From Adineta vaga (Eukaryota; Animalia; Rotifera), in the NCBI GenBank assembly GCA_021613535.1, contig CP075492.1:8122001-8186000 (forward strand): a stretch of 64,000 nucleotides of DNA, in the 5' to 3' direction. Positions 1 to 12,886 of this stretch are shown here, one piece after another; the first letter of the stretch is position 1, and each line of letters begins with the position of its first letter. A model generated the notes under the pieces. It did not search any database. It was given only the letters and a program-made list of their open reading frames with translations, and had not been told where the DNA came from. A program made the translations under genes and the position numbers.

Positions 1-652
1 ATCATGTCGTTCGAATCGTATGTATCACTTAACTGTCTACATAGAAGTTTTATTAAAGATCATATATTGTTTGCTTACGAATCGAATACGAAAATGAAGA
101 ACTTGTAACTGAAAATTCTAACGAAATAAAAGCTACGACATCAATGAATACCTGATATTCTTTTCATGATATTTTTTTTTCAAATCGAAAGTACAATCAA
201 CATTTGTAATGTTTTCGTATATCCATAAGACTCATCGATACAATTTGTTTTTGTCGATAATATGATATTAGCGAACATATTGAATAGTAACTGATCAAAA
301 TATTGTTTTGACGTCGATTGTTTATTGATATGTGACACCCACACTCAACCACATTTTGTTATAATCAAAAGAAGAGTGGCTTATATTTTCTTCTTTTCTC
401 GTTCGATTATCAATAGCAAATGAGAGTATTATTGATGTACCATCGTCAAAACACGTTGTACGATGACAGAACTGACTAGTTTCACATAGAGAAAAAAAAC
501 GACGACGACGAGAGTAAGACAAAAAATTCTATTATGTATCAACATACTTGTTTCCAATAGAATGTTTTCTCATCTATTTCGATTATCTTAATTTCTAGGT
601 TAACTAGACATTCAAGTTTTCGTACGTCATTTCTTTTGCGAACTCAAATATA

Positions 653-1902
653 ATGCTTTCGGTATCAACAACAAATAATGATCAATCTGATAGTTATGAT
701 ATGACTATCACCTTCTATTCAATTGAGGTTAGGTTTTGTTAAATACATTTATTGATTTGTTTATTAATATATTCTACTTTCTAGAATATATCCATGATGA
801 ATCGTACCCTATATACGGATTTATATTTTATAGCTAAACTTGATGATCAAATTTCTTTGATGTTAGTAGAAAATTTTACTTTTTTAAAATTTATTCTATA
901 TATTCTAGGTCAACATATCTACCTATTACATCGACACTCAAATGGAACAATGAACAATGGATCGTTTTGAATATACCTTCCCAGACAAAACTTGTAGTCA
1001 ATGTCTATGGTACTGATAAGGACAATATTATGAATAATCATTTAGGTAATTTTGAAATTGCCGATCTAATACATTACAAAGCTCCTTTTGATGGTCATGC
1101 TATTATTGATTCATTTGGTCAACGTCATGGTTGTTTTCATTTATCGATGCATTCAACAAAATCATCGAGCGAAACTCAACAACTTCCTCATTATACATTC
1201 GATGGGCCATGTCGATATTCACGTCATGAATCGTTAACTATTGATCGTTTTACTAAACGTCCTACTAATGGTGTTTCTTCTACCTGGCAAATACAATTAC
1301 GACGAATTCCTTATTTTTTTCCTTCAAATGAACATCAACCATTGAAACGACCAAATAAATCAACCTTTGAATTATATACTACTTCTCATGGACGAACTTT
1401 AAAAGCAAATGAAAACGGACGATTATCAAATTCAGATCATTTATGGAAATTAATTTTCTTTGATAAATCAATACAAAAGATTAAACCACGTATTTATACT
1501 TATATAATTGATGATAATACTTGGCAATTTAGTGAAACTGGTTATCAATTTTTTACCACTGTTGCAACTAAACATACTGTCTTAGCTGGTTGTTCTGATT
1601 CTATTCGTTATGCTGGTGAATTTCATATCCGACCTAAATTTGGTTGGAATCGATTGGATGATGAATGGGAAATCGTATTTGATAATGCATCTGGAACATT
1701 CTCTCCAAATTCTGATTTATTAGTCAATTTGAAAAAATTGATGTTATTTAATTTTCCTGACTTGAATATTATTACATATGATTATAAAGATCCATTGTTA
1801 AGAGAAAGTATCGAACAATTGGAACTAAATGCAAGAAGATATGAACGTAGAACAGCAATAACAACTAACAGACACGTTTTTTCGAATTGGCCATTAATTT
1901 AA
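653..1902 (+). CDS. C2-domain protein of fungal/protist type (N-terminal C2 plus conserved C-terminal domain), ~381 aa
   Basis: Predicted exons 653-727, 785-861, 909-1902 with GT-AG introns join in frame (1146 nt). C2-like N-terminus (DLYFIAKLDD...LKWNNEQWIVLNIP...VNVYGTDKD). C-terminal motifs YTYIIDD-WQFSETG, KH, YAGEFHIRP, IVFDNASGTFSPN, NFPDL resemble a fungal C2-protein family as I recall it. Confidence 0.75.
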
Positions 1903-2271
1903 CATGTTTATAACGTTTTTCCACATATTTTAATGTCTTTATATTCAGGTGATCACTTTTCTTTCATTGTATGCTGTAATGTCTTTCAAATAGATTTTAT
2001 TGTATTATTTCGAAACCCTATCAGAAACATGCGTCAAATCTTTAATGTTATCAATTGTAATTGTGTATGAGATTTGTATCTTGATATAAAACTGTCTGTT
2101 TAGATACATTCGCTGAATGACTTGTATTGATAATAAATAAGACCATTATAGAATCAGGTACGTATTTCAGTTCGTTTTTAACAAGTAGCGAGAGAATGTA
2201 CAGTATCATTGTCGAAATGAAAGAGTCAATAAATATTATTTTCATGTATTGTTTTAGACATCAAACAAACG

Positions 2272-2583
2272 ATGTTTCGCTCTAAAACCAAACAACCAGA
2301 AGTACCTAAGATCATAAATCGTTCAGTAGTACTTTGTGAAGTCTATCCAACAGATGCACTTGTTAGCAACGAGTTTCATATATTACCAGTACTTGGTGTT
2401 CTCAAACGACATAAATTTGAGATCAAGCCTGTCGTTACACGTTCTTTGATTCATTATTTCTGTGAACTTCGCGAAAATGTTGAACCATGGTCTAGTGAAT
2501 TATTGGAACAAGCAATGCGAGAAGCACTACCTCCAGATGTACGTCATGCGAATCGACCACCAGTTTATTGGAATTTTGCTTAA
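2272..2583 (+). CDS. Small hypothetical protein, 103 aa
   Basis: ATG follows a plausible 5'-UTR intron (gtacgt at 2158, ttttag ending 2257). Codon usage looks like neighbouring genes and AATAAA lies at ~2635. No family recognised. Confidence 0.55.
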   Translation: MFRSKTKQPEVPKIINRSVVLCEVYPTDALVSNEFHILPVLGVLKRHKFEIKPVVTRSLIHYFCELRENVEPWSSELLEQAMREALPPDVRHANRPPVYWNFA

Positions 2584-2832
2584 AAATATTTTAATACTAA
2601 AAGGCTGATTTTTCTTTTTCTCTTCTTCATTTGCAATAAATCTTCATAGATTTGAGACATCAACTCACTCCTAGTTGTATCTACTACTGACATCTATTCT
2701 CATCTATTTATTCGTTGGTTGTTGATCCTCTATGCATGTATGCAGCTTTAGTTTTCCATACTATCTCTGTCTGTCTGATCGAGATCGATTTCTTCCATAG
2801 ATAAATTTTCTATCTCATTCGTAATCGTAAAC

Positions 2833-5800
2833 ATGAATCTCAACGAACGATCATTAACAACATTATCCACCATGAATGCTCAAGGATCAAGTGGAGCATC
2901 AAATCCATCGGATGAACAAACAGAACCAACTACTTCATTAGGATTTTTCGCACTTGATTATAAAAAGTAATGAAAACAATAATTAATTTTATTATTTACT
3001 TTTCTGTATAATTTTAGACATGAGGATCTGAAACAAATGTTGGACAGTAATAAAGATAATTTAAAATTAGAAGCAATGCGTCGAATCATTGGAGTAAGAC
3101 GAAAGAAAAACGACGGTTGTTTTCATATCGACATCTTTGATTATAGATGATTGCCAAAGGTAAAGACGCTGCTGATCTTTTTCCAGCTGTAGTAAAAAAT
3201 GTTGTTTCAAAAAATATGGAAGTTAAAAAATTAGTCTATGTTTATCTAATGCGTTATGCTGAAGAACAACAAGATCTAGCATTACTTTCAATTGCAACAT
3301 TTCAACGAGGATTAAAAGTAAAATTTGAATAAAAAGATTTTGTTTTCTTTGAAGTAGTTTTGATGTTTGTTTTTATTTAGGATCCAAATCAATTGATTCG
3401 TGCAAGTGCCTTACGTGTCCTATCAAGTATTCGTGTTCCAACAATTGTTTCAATTATGATGTTAGCAATACGTGATGCTGTTAGCGATATGTCACCTTAT
3501 GTAAGAAAAACAGCAGCAAATGCTATAGCAAAATTATATGCGTAAGTTTTTTTTTGAATTTGTTGAGAATGATCTGATTTTTTATCTGTAGCTTGGATCC
3601 AGAATTGAAAGATGAATTAGTTTTAATTATAACGAAATTACTTGCCGATAAAACAATTGTAAGTAGAAGTAATAGTTTGTTGGATGTGAAAATCTCTTCT
3701 TTTTCTAATCTAGTTAGTCAATGGTAGTGCTGTTCAAGCATTTGAACATGTTTGTCCTGAACGAATTGATTTAATTCATAAAAATTATCGACGTTTATGT
3801 AATTTATTGGTTGATATTGATGAATGGGGACAAGTAACAATCTTAAATATGTTAACAAGATATGCACGTTCACAATTTGTTGATCCGAATAAAGTATAGT
3901 TGATAATTATGAATAAGTATCGATCCATTTAATTCTCGGTTTTTTCTCTCTATTTCTAGACATTAGAAGATGAGAAGAAAAGTTTTTATGAAGATGAAAC
4001 CGAAAAAAATACTGATGAAGAAGAAGATGGATTAGATAAACGAACCTATATCATGGATAGTGATCATCGTCTATTATTACGATGTACCAAACCATTATTA
4101 CAAAGTCGAAATTCAGCTGTATGTATAGTTTTGTTGTTAACTATATGATTAGTTATTTGTTTAAAGGTTGTTATGGCTGTTGCGCAATTGTATTATTACG
4201 TTGCACCAAAAAGTGAAATACAAATCGTTGCCAAATCATTGATTCGTTTACTTCGTCATCATCGGTAATTTTCGATTCTTTGTTAGAGAAATTTGAAAAT
4301 TTCCATGTATTTTCGTTTGTGTAGTGAAATTCAAACGATCGTTTTGAAATCCATTGCATCGATTGCAGATAAACATAAAGATATATTTGAACCATATTTA
4401 AAATCATTCTATGTTCATTCAAATGATAGTGGTCTTGTTAAACGTTATAAACTTGAAATTCTAACAACTTTAGCAAATGCATCCAATATTTCTACTATAC
4501 TTCGAGAATTTCAAGTAAAATGAAACATTTAATTTCGATTTTTGTATAAAAAATGATCTGTTCATTCAGACGTATGTTCTTAGTCCAGATAAAGAATTTG
4601 GTGCTCAAACTATTCATGCAATTGGTCGATGTGCAAGTACAATATCTGATGTTACAGAAGCTTGTCTGAATGGTCTCGTAGCATTAATGTCAAAGAAAGA
4701 CGAAACAATCGTGGCGGAAAGTGTCGTCGTAGTGAAAAAATTATTACAAATAAATGTAAAACGAATATTTGAGGAAAATAAAAGAAAGAATAAAACGCTT
4801 TTATTTTTGTTTTATTCATTCTTAGCCATCACAATATAGTGAAATTATCAAACATATTGTTCGTATGGTTGATAAAGTAACTGTTCCAACTGCACGTGCA
4901 TCAATTTTATGGTTAATTGGAGAATATTCTGATCGTATTAGTAAATTAGCACCAGATGTTTTAAGAAAAATGGCGAAATCCTTTCCAGATGAAGTTGGTT
5001 CTATTGGTTCGATTTGAATGAATATATGAATGTTTCTTTTAGGAAACAATTGTTAAACATCAAATCTTGAATTTAGCTGCGAAACTTTATGTTGTTAATG
5101 CTAAACAAACGCATCTCTTAGTTCAATATGTATTTAATTTAGCTAAGTATGATACAAATTATGATACACGTGATAAAGCACGACTTCTTCGGTATGTTTA
5201 TTTCAATTATTGAATCTTATTTTTTTTGCTATTGTTGTCGTTATAGAGCATTGTTATTTCAAGCAGACAAATGTCCAATATTAAGTAAAAATGCTAAAAA
5301 GATTCTATTAGCACCGAAACCAGCACCTGTTCTTGAATCAATTGTTCGAGGTAGAATAATTGCCATCATTCCATATCTGCCAATGACTATTACTGTTTTT
5401 TTCTCATAGATCATGATCAATACACATTAGGAACTTTATCATTCGTTATTGGTCAAAAGGCTGTTGGTTTTAAAGACTTACCAGATTTTCCAATGGAACC
5501 ACCAGATCCAAGTGTTCGTAATGTCGAAATTGTGGCACCACCAACACCACAACATGAGTTATTCCGAAAATCAAATACGAATAATGCAGGAATAACTTCG
5601 GGTGGAAAGAAGAAAAGTGGTACTACAGAAACTTTCTATTCTGATGAAGAAGAAGAAACATCAACTGAAGGACCTGATACTGACGATGATGAAGATGAAG
5701 ATGAAGATGAAGAAGAAGAAGAGGAGGAAGAAGAAGATGAGAAGGATGAAGATGAAGACGAAGAGGAAGAGGAAGAAGAAAACGAAAAACCAAAATTTAA

Positions 5801-7318
5801 AGAAAATAAATTGAAAACAAATGAATATGAACAGTTAGATGCTCGACCTACGAACAATGTTGAACAAAATCAAGACGACGACGAAGAAGAAGAAGAAGAA
5901 AGTGGCAGTGAAGAAGAGGAAGAATCCGAAGAAGAAAGTGACGAAGATGAAGATGAAGGATTATCGGATGAAGAAAAAGTAAGATTTTAAACAGTCAAAT
6001 ATTGCTTTACTTATAATCCCGTTTTTTTTTCATAGCTACATCTCAAACAAACACCAACTGTCGCGAAATCAGTATCAACCATAGCTGTTAGTGATTATAC
6101 AATTCCAGCACAAGAAAAATCTCTTTTAGATATGGATTGTAACTAACTAATTAACTATCAAAAATATTCCTTCACTTAATCATCTTCTTTTCTCTAGTGG
6201 AAGCATTTCTTGGTTCATCATCGACAACTGTACAATCAGTACCAACTAAAAGCACGATGTTCGATGATTTAAATGGTTTAGACTCTCTTACTGTATGTTT
6301 GTATTATTCATTTAAAATTTAATTTAAGTTAAATTTTATTTTTCAGACAACATCTTCAACACAAGCAAAACATTATGATTGTTTAAATCGTATTACTGGT
6401 CAAGGTTTACAAATTCAATATCGTTTTCCACGTACACCATTTCGACAATTATCAAATATGGTTCATGTAGAATTGATCTTTACCAATACAACAACAAATA
6501 AAGATATTCAAGCAATTAAATTTCTCAAAGCAGTTTGTTTCTCATTTAGTTTTGTTGAATAAACTCTATAGAATTTTCTTTTCCAATAGAAATCAAATTT
6601 AAACATTTATGGATTTGATGAAATCGATAGTTTACCAAGTGGTGCATCAAAAACAGCGTCAATTGGTATTGATTTTAATGACAAAACTCAACCAGCATCA
6701 TTTGATATTTCATTTGATAATAATTCTCAAGCAACTTCATTAACAATTTCCTCTCATGTTGGAGAATTGTTTGAACAACGATTTTTAAATGAACAAGAAT
6801 TTAATCAACATTTAACTCGTCTGCGTGGTATGAGTGAAATTACTGGTAGTGTCAATGTTGATGAAACACAACAATCGAAATTAAACTTTACGACAATTCA
6901 AACAAAAGTATTTCAATGTGCCAATTTAATTTCAGTACCATCAGGTTCAGGAGATTCAAGTATCTTTCGGTAAGTAATGAAAATATCTTCTCTAGTAGAA
7001 AAATAAAACAAATAGAGACACGAGAAAGAATTCGATCTTATATATCATAGTCTAATATCTGATAGATGTCTCTTAGAGTAATCAAACACTCGCTTACACT
7101 TTCCTTTCCGATATCAAAGTCTTTATCTATGAAAGGTCTTAGCAACGAGTACATTTCTTTTTTTTAGTTTCTCCGGACAAACAATTTCAAGTAAATCACT
7201 TCTACTTCTTACAATTCAATTAAATCCTCGTCAATCAACAGTTAATTTAACGATTAATTCAGATCAAATCGTTCTTGCAACAATGTTACTCAAAGAAATC
7301 AAACAAACATTTCCATAA
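2833..7318 (+). CDS. AP3B: AP-3 adaptor complex subunit beta (multi-exon)
   Basis: Exons encode [76 protein letters not shown] and [13 protein letters not shown], then a long Glu/Asp hinge (5640-5975) and an ear domain ([13 protein letters not shown]). ATG at 2833, TAA at 7316-7318. Confidence 0.95.
5640..5975 (+). repeat. GAA/GAT/GAG-rich low-complexity tract encoding the acidic hinge of AP-3 beta
   Basis: Poly-Glu/Asp runs in ORF 5493-5990. Confidence 0.85.
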
Positions 7319-7687
7319 AAACAATGATTATCAATATATCTTCCGATAATATTCCATTTATTTTCTAGTATTTATCGATCTGGTTGTTGTCATTCTTAGA
7401 AGTGCAATATACATATATATATATATATATTTATCTCATTTTATTTATTCTTATTTAATAAAATACGTTCTTCTTTTTTTCCGAATCTAACTCTCAATTA
7501 TCAATTTGATCGTATTCATACCAAGAAACCTTGTTTTCTCATTATTTTTTGTTTTAATTTCAATATAACTATTTTATATGTATATTTCGAATTTGTTTTT
7601 TTTTCTTAACAATTACAAAAGATATAAACAAACAGACAACAATTCATTCGATCGACAAGAGATAAGAAGAAGAATAAAAACAAAATT

Positions 7688-10255
7688 TCAATATAAGTCA
7701 TCACCATTCACTGTTGTAATCGATGATGAATTGTTATTATTTATAGTATTACTGAGCAAAGAATGTGTAATAGTATTTGAATTATGCAGATTATTTAAAA
7801 GTGATATATGTCCAGTATGATGATATTGTGGTGGTAGTGGTGGTGTGATAAAAGTTTGTTGGCCAGTTGCAAGTATGGTTGTTGTTGGCGCTGCTACTAC
7901 ATTGGCGGTGGCGGCAGCGGCGGTTGTCGCAGCTCGTGAAGCTTTTCCTCCACGTTTCGATGTTGCATTTCCACGTTTTGTAACAGGAGTATTTGTTGTT
8001 GATTTAAGTGGATTATCTTTTTCACAAAATGGTTGTCCATTAAAAAGAACATATCGATCACCTTTAACTAAAGGTATTTGACATTTCATACAAGTAAAAC
8101 AAGAAAGATGATAAACATAATTTGGATTAACACGCATTATTTGTTCATTTGTTCCAATAACTTGACTACATAATGAACATGGTCGACTACCATATCTTCT
8201 ACAAAATGAATAGATCAATATATATATATATATTCAATCAAATGTTAAAAAAATTCTTCTTACTTGATATAATCAGATTTACACAAGAGTGCATTATCTT
8301 TTATATAAAATGTTGGAGCAACATCAGCTAGAACGACATCACAAGATTGACAACGTAAACATTGCATATGCCAATAATTTCCACGCGATAAACGATCTTG
8401 TGTATGAAGAAAATATCGTTCTTGTATGGGTTGTGAACAATGTGAACATGTATGAATAGTTGTATTCGTTGTATTTTGTTGATTTGAATCAAAACGAGGA
8501 GCAATTGGTACCATTTTAGTTTGTATTGTCGATGATTGCTGATCAAATACGAATGCTTGTGATTCAAGTTTAGGCTGCATTAATACAACTGAACTATTGT
8601 TATTGCCTAGAATAAATGAATGACAAGAGAATGATTAATATTCATGTTCTTCATTCTTTCATATTATTACTACTACGACTACATCTTGATTTCAATTTAT
8701 TTTCCAATTATGAAATGATGATCGATGGCGATTGTGCATGTATACGAATGAGATGAGATGAGATGAGATGAGATTCTTTCTCTCGGCTTTTTCTACTTGA
8801 CACATGAGGGCAACAGAAAGAAAGAAAGAAAGAAAGAAAAGAGAAGAGAAGAAAAGAAAAGCTTAATAAATATAATGATCAGCGAAAAAGAAAATCATCA
8901 TCAAAGTAGTTATGATTACACAAGATGAACGAATAAACGAGGTAACTAAATCATTATCAACTGTATTACATTTTGTAAAGAATCGACTAATTGCTTGGAC
9001 AATTACTTTAATTACACTTGTTCTCCTTTGTCTGCACAACAGCAGGTGCAACACAAAAAAGAAGAGAAGAAAAGAAAAGAAAAGAAAAGCAAAGCAATCA
9101 AATGATTGCAGTTATAGACAACGAACCAATCTTTCGATGATCTTCATTAGAACAGCTACCATACTTTTTATTAATTGATAATACTAAAAGAACTATTTTT
9201 AATATATTTAAAAATAGAAACAAAGAAGAACAAGAAGAAAAAAAAGTTCGTCCTAAAGATAAATGAATGAAAAACATGACAGATAGAAAGATCAAAGTCT
9301 TAATTAATCAGATGTATTTTTAGTTTTCATCAAAATGATAAATTTACTCATTTCTTTTTTATGATTTTCATTATTCAAAAATCTACCTGTATATATCATC
9401 ATATGAATAATAGAATAATAATTTATCGATAATATATGTTGTTCAGCATGTCAAGAAACATTGTGTACAATATTTCATACATATGATGTTCTATCAGGCA
9501 AAATTGTACGTCTCGTCTCGTCCCGTTTGCGCACAGAAACAGAACTTGATCTCATTTTTTTTTCCTTCTCTCGTTGCCTTCTTATTTCTATTTTCTTCAG
9601 CATGCTACCAGCACTAACTAACATCACTCATGATTCTTTCTTTTTTCCATTCTTTATTATATTACAAATAGACATCATCAACTAATATATCGAAGAAGAT
9701 GAAGATATGTATATAATCGAACGAAGACATTGAAATCAGATGTGAAAAGAAAAACTACGAATCTGTGCGTTGTGATCGTTCTCGTGTGTGTATTTTTTTA
9801 ATGACAATTCAAATTAGTAAAACATATGTGTCTATGTATAGAATTCTTTGGCTAATGAATAGACATATGAGATCATTATTCATAATTTAAAGAATTCTTT
9901 ATCGAAAAAAAAACTTACGAGGATTGTCTGATTGTTATGCAAAGTTTATTATGTTTTTTAATTAACGAAATTGATTTGTTAACATATACAATTTCATCAT
10001 TTCTTCGTTCTTTTTCTATCGTCGATAAAAAGGTGCTCGTTATGTTGTTTTTTTTAAATTGAGGATCTCATATTTTCTCATGTAAAATGAGTGTAGAAGC
10101 AATTAAACATGAGAAGAAAAAAGTCTTGAACTAAGTGATTATTGATTTGAACAAAATTTTCTGAGAAAATTCAATTCTTCGAAATATTTTCTTAGCTTAC
10201 CTGTGGTAGAAGCCGCACCACGTCGACGAGTAGTATTTCGACTTGCTCTCACCAT
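7688..10255 (-). CDS. LIM-domain-only (LMO-like) protein with two LIM domains, ~302 aa
   Basis: Predicted exons 10255-10201 (MVRASRNTTRRRGAASTT, gtaag donor), 8606-8264 and 8198-7688 join in frame (909 nt). LIM1: CSHC...WHMQCLRCQSC...LCKSD. LIM2: CSLC...YHLSCFTCMKC...FCEKD. No homeodomain follows. Confidence 0.88.
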
Positions 10256-12886
10256 CTGTGGATATCTTTCTTCGTTGTCACAGCGTTTAGTGGTGTGTTC
10301 TTTTTTTTTTTGAAAAAAGAAATGAATCTCACTGTGTATGTGTGCGTACGTGTGTTACAAAAAAGACGTGGATGTGTGGCGTGTGTTCTGTTCTTCTTAT
10401 ACATACATACGATAGAACACGAAAAAAAAAGAAGAAAAAAAAGAAAGCAAACTACTAAATGACGAGGAGGAGAACGACGACGAAAAAATCTCTCTATTCA
10501 CAATCACCTCTAACTGAATGAGCTAATTAAAAACACAAGATACTTATTTCTCGTTTTTTTTTCTCTTCCTTTTAGCACATTTACGGTTCTCTCGGGTGAC
10601 GAATGTGTCTTATGTATACACACTACATTATATTCTAACGGCACTTGATTATCTCTTCACATCTATTCGAAATAGTAACGAAGAACGATGAGGATAAAGG
10701 TACTGTCACATGGCAAGAGATAAAACAAGAAAAGATAGCAAAAAGACGATAAGGAAGCGACGACAATCTCTCTACACTCCAGATATGTTTAGCGAATACA
10801 TCATAATCAAGTGTCAGAAACAGTTTTATTAATTATTCATCAATTCAAATATAGATGTAAAATTCAAATACTAATCTCTTTTTATTACTCGATTTCTTAT
10901 CATCTAGAACATAAACGCTAGACATTTTATTGAAAAGTTCATTCAAAAGAAATTGATGTAATTTTCTTTTGTTATGCATATCGATGCATATGACGCAAGC
11001 GAATATACATATAGTTGCATTAATAGATTGAATTGATTGTAGGTAATAGAGAAAGAAGAATTTCTTCAAGCCGAGACATCAATAAATATTCTCTACGGGT
11101 AAAATGAATAAGATTGTTTTAATGATAATAATAATCCAGTCATCAACGTATTTAACAAACACAGCTGAATCGAAAGCGAATAAATATGTGCAATTCAAAT
11201 GATGGTAATTTTCCTACTATGTTACTGTTTCTCACACATCTACATCTAACATACGTTATTTATTTATACCATGTGTGTCCACTGTAAAGATTGGATAGAC
11301 TTACTATTATTATTAATGTTAACCATCGGTTTAGATAAAGTTGGTGAAGGTATCATTAATGATTCGAATAAAAGATCATCCTCCATTAAGTCATTGAACA
11401 TGGTTAATTTCGACGAGAAGATTATCTAGAATGACGACAATAGAAAGAAATCTAACTGAAAGAATCGTTCACATTCTCTATTAGTCAAGAGGTATGAAGC
11501 ATGGAAAGCTATATGAATGAGATTCTGTTAGATGAGTTGAATGAGAAACAAGATAAAAGCGGGAAGTTGAAGAGATGATGGATGTAGAATACTATCGCTA
11601 TCGTCTCGCAACTCGTCGATTATTGATGGTACTCTCTGACAACAGCTAGAAAGAATACATCGATAAGAATAAAATGATGAATGAATAGAATGGTTCAAGA
11701 TTAGAGATCTACTCTTTAGCTTTCGATTAAAATCAATCGATCAATAAATATTCATTCGTAGACAGAAGAAAAACTATTTTACTTAGAAAATCATATCGAT
11801 CAACTGAATTAACTTGATGTATAATTTCTTGACAATTTATTCATATATGCATATATAAAAATGTTTCAAGGTAAATAATAAGAGAAAGATGTTTTTAAAG
11901 CGACAATATTATGAAAAAAATACATTTACTTGCCAACATCATTCGTGTAATCGAAAGATAAAGTTGTATTTACTTGTCTCTCTGAATACAATTTTCGTTT
12001 CTAATTGGTGGTATTTGTCGACGATAATCCTCATGTTCAGTCCGAATAACAATGTCGGTATGATTTGATTATAATCAAATAGTCATCATCAATAGAATAC
12101 TTAATAGTACTTGTCAAAAATCAATGGATGTCATTATTCTGATTAGATTGAATGGTGACAACAGAAGACAAAAAAAGAAATTATCAAATTTGTAATTATT
12201 GAACAATTGTTCTCAACTTTAATAAACTTGTATGAAGATGATAATTAGAAGAGACAATTCTTGCCTTTCATTTCGATTGGAATGGCTTCCAATCAGAGAT
12301 GATCTTATTTATTTCGAATATGAAACTTTTCTCCACGATAAATTCCATCGAAAAAACGTCGATCTTCAAATACTGTTCGCATTTTTATAAACTAAATTTT
12401 CGGTAATTATTAGGTTTGATAGGTCGACTTTTGGTGAATAGTATACTTGGTTCGGTTCGGTTCGGTATCACTCGACATCCTTTTACATTCATACATCTCG
12501 GAACGAGTATTCTTGTTTTTGATTCGATAGATCTGCAAAAAAAAGGTGTTCTTTAAGTATATTTTCTCGCTTAGGAAACTGGATGTTTATACGATTGTTT
12601 ACTAACACATATGTTCGATAAAAAATAGAACGGTTTGTTCCTGTGTTTTAACTAAAAAAAACTCTACCATGAATAATCATAATTTTTGTATTTACAGTAG
12701 GACGACGTTGGCAACACATATCGCTATTTTATTCCAAATAAATGTTTTTTGAAAAGAAGACAGATGTTCAGTGTTTTTATCCATATCTAATTTTGCACCT
12801 TCTTTCACTAATAGCTCTGAAATGATTTTATTCGATATAGCTATCTTTAGATGTGAGTAAATTATCGTTTTTGAAAATATTCTAAC

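Noticed and set aside
5602-5857. Lys/Met-rich and poly-Ser ORFs
   Set aside because: Alternative frames of the acidic AP-3 beta hinge.
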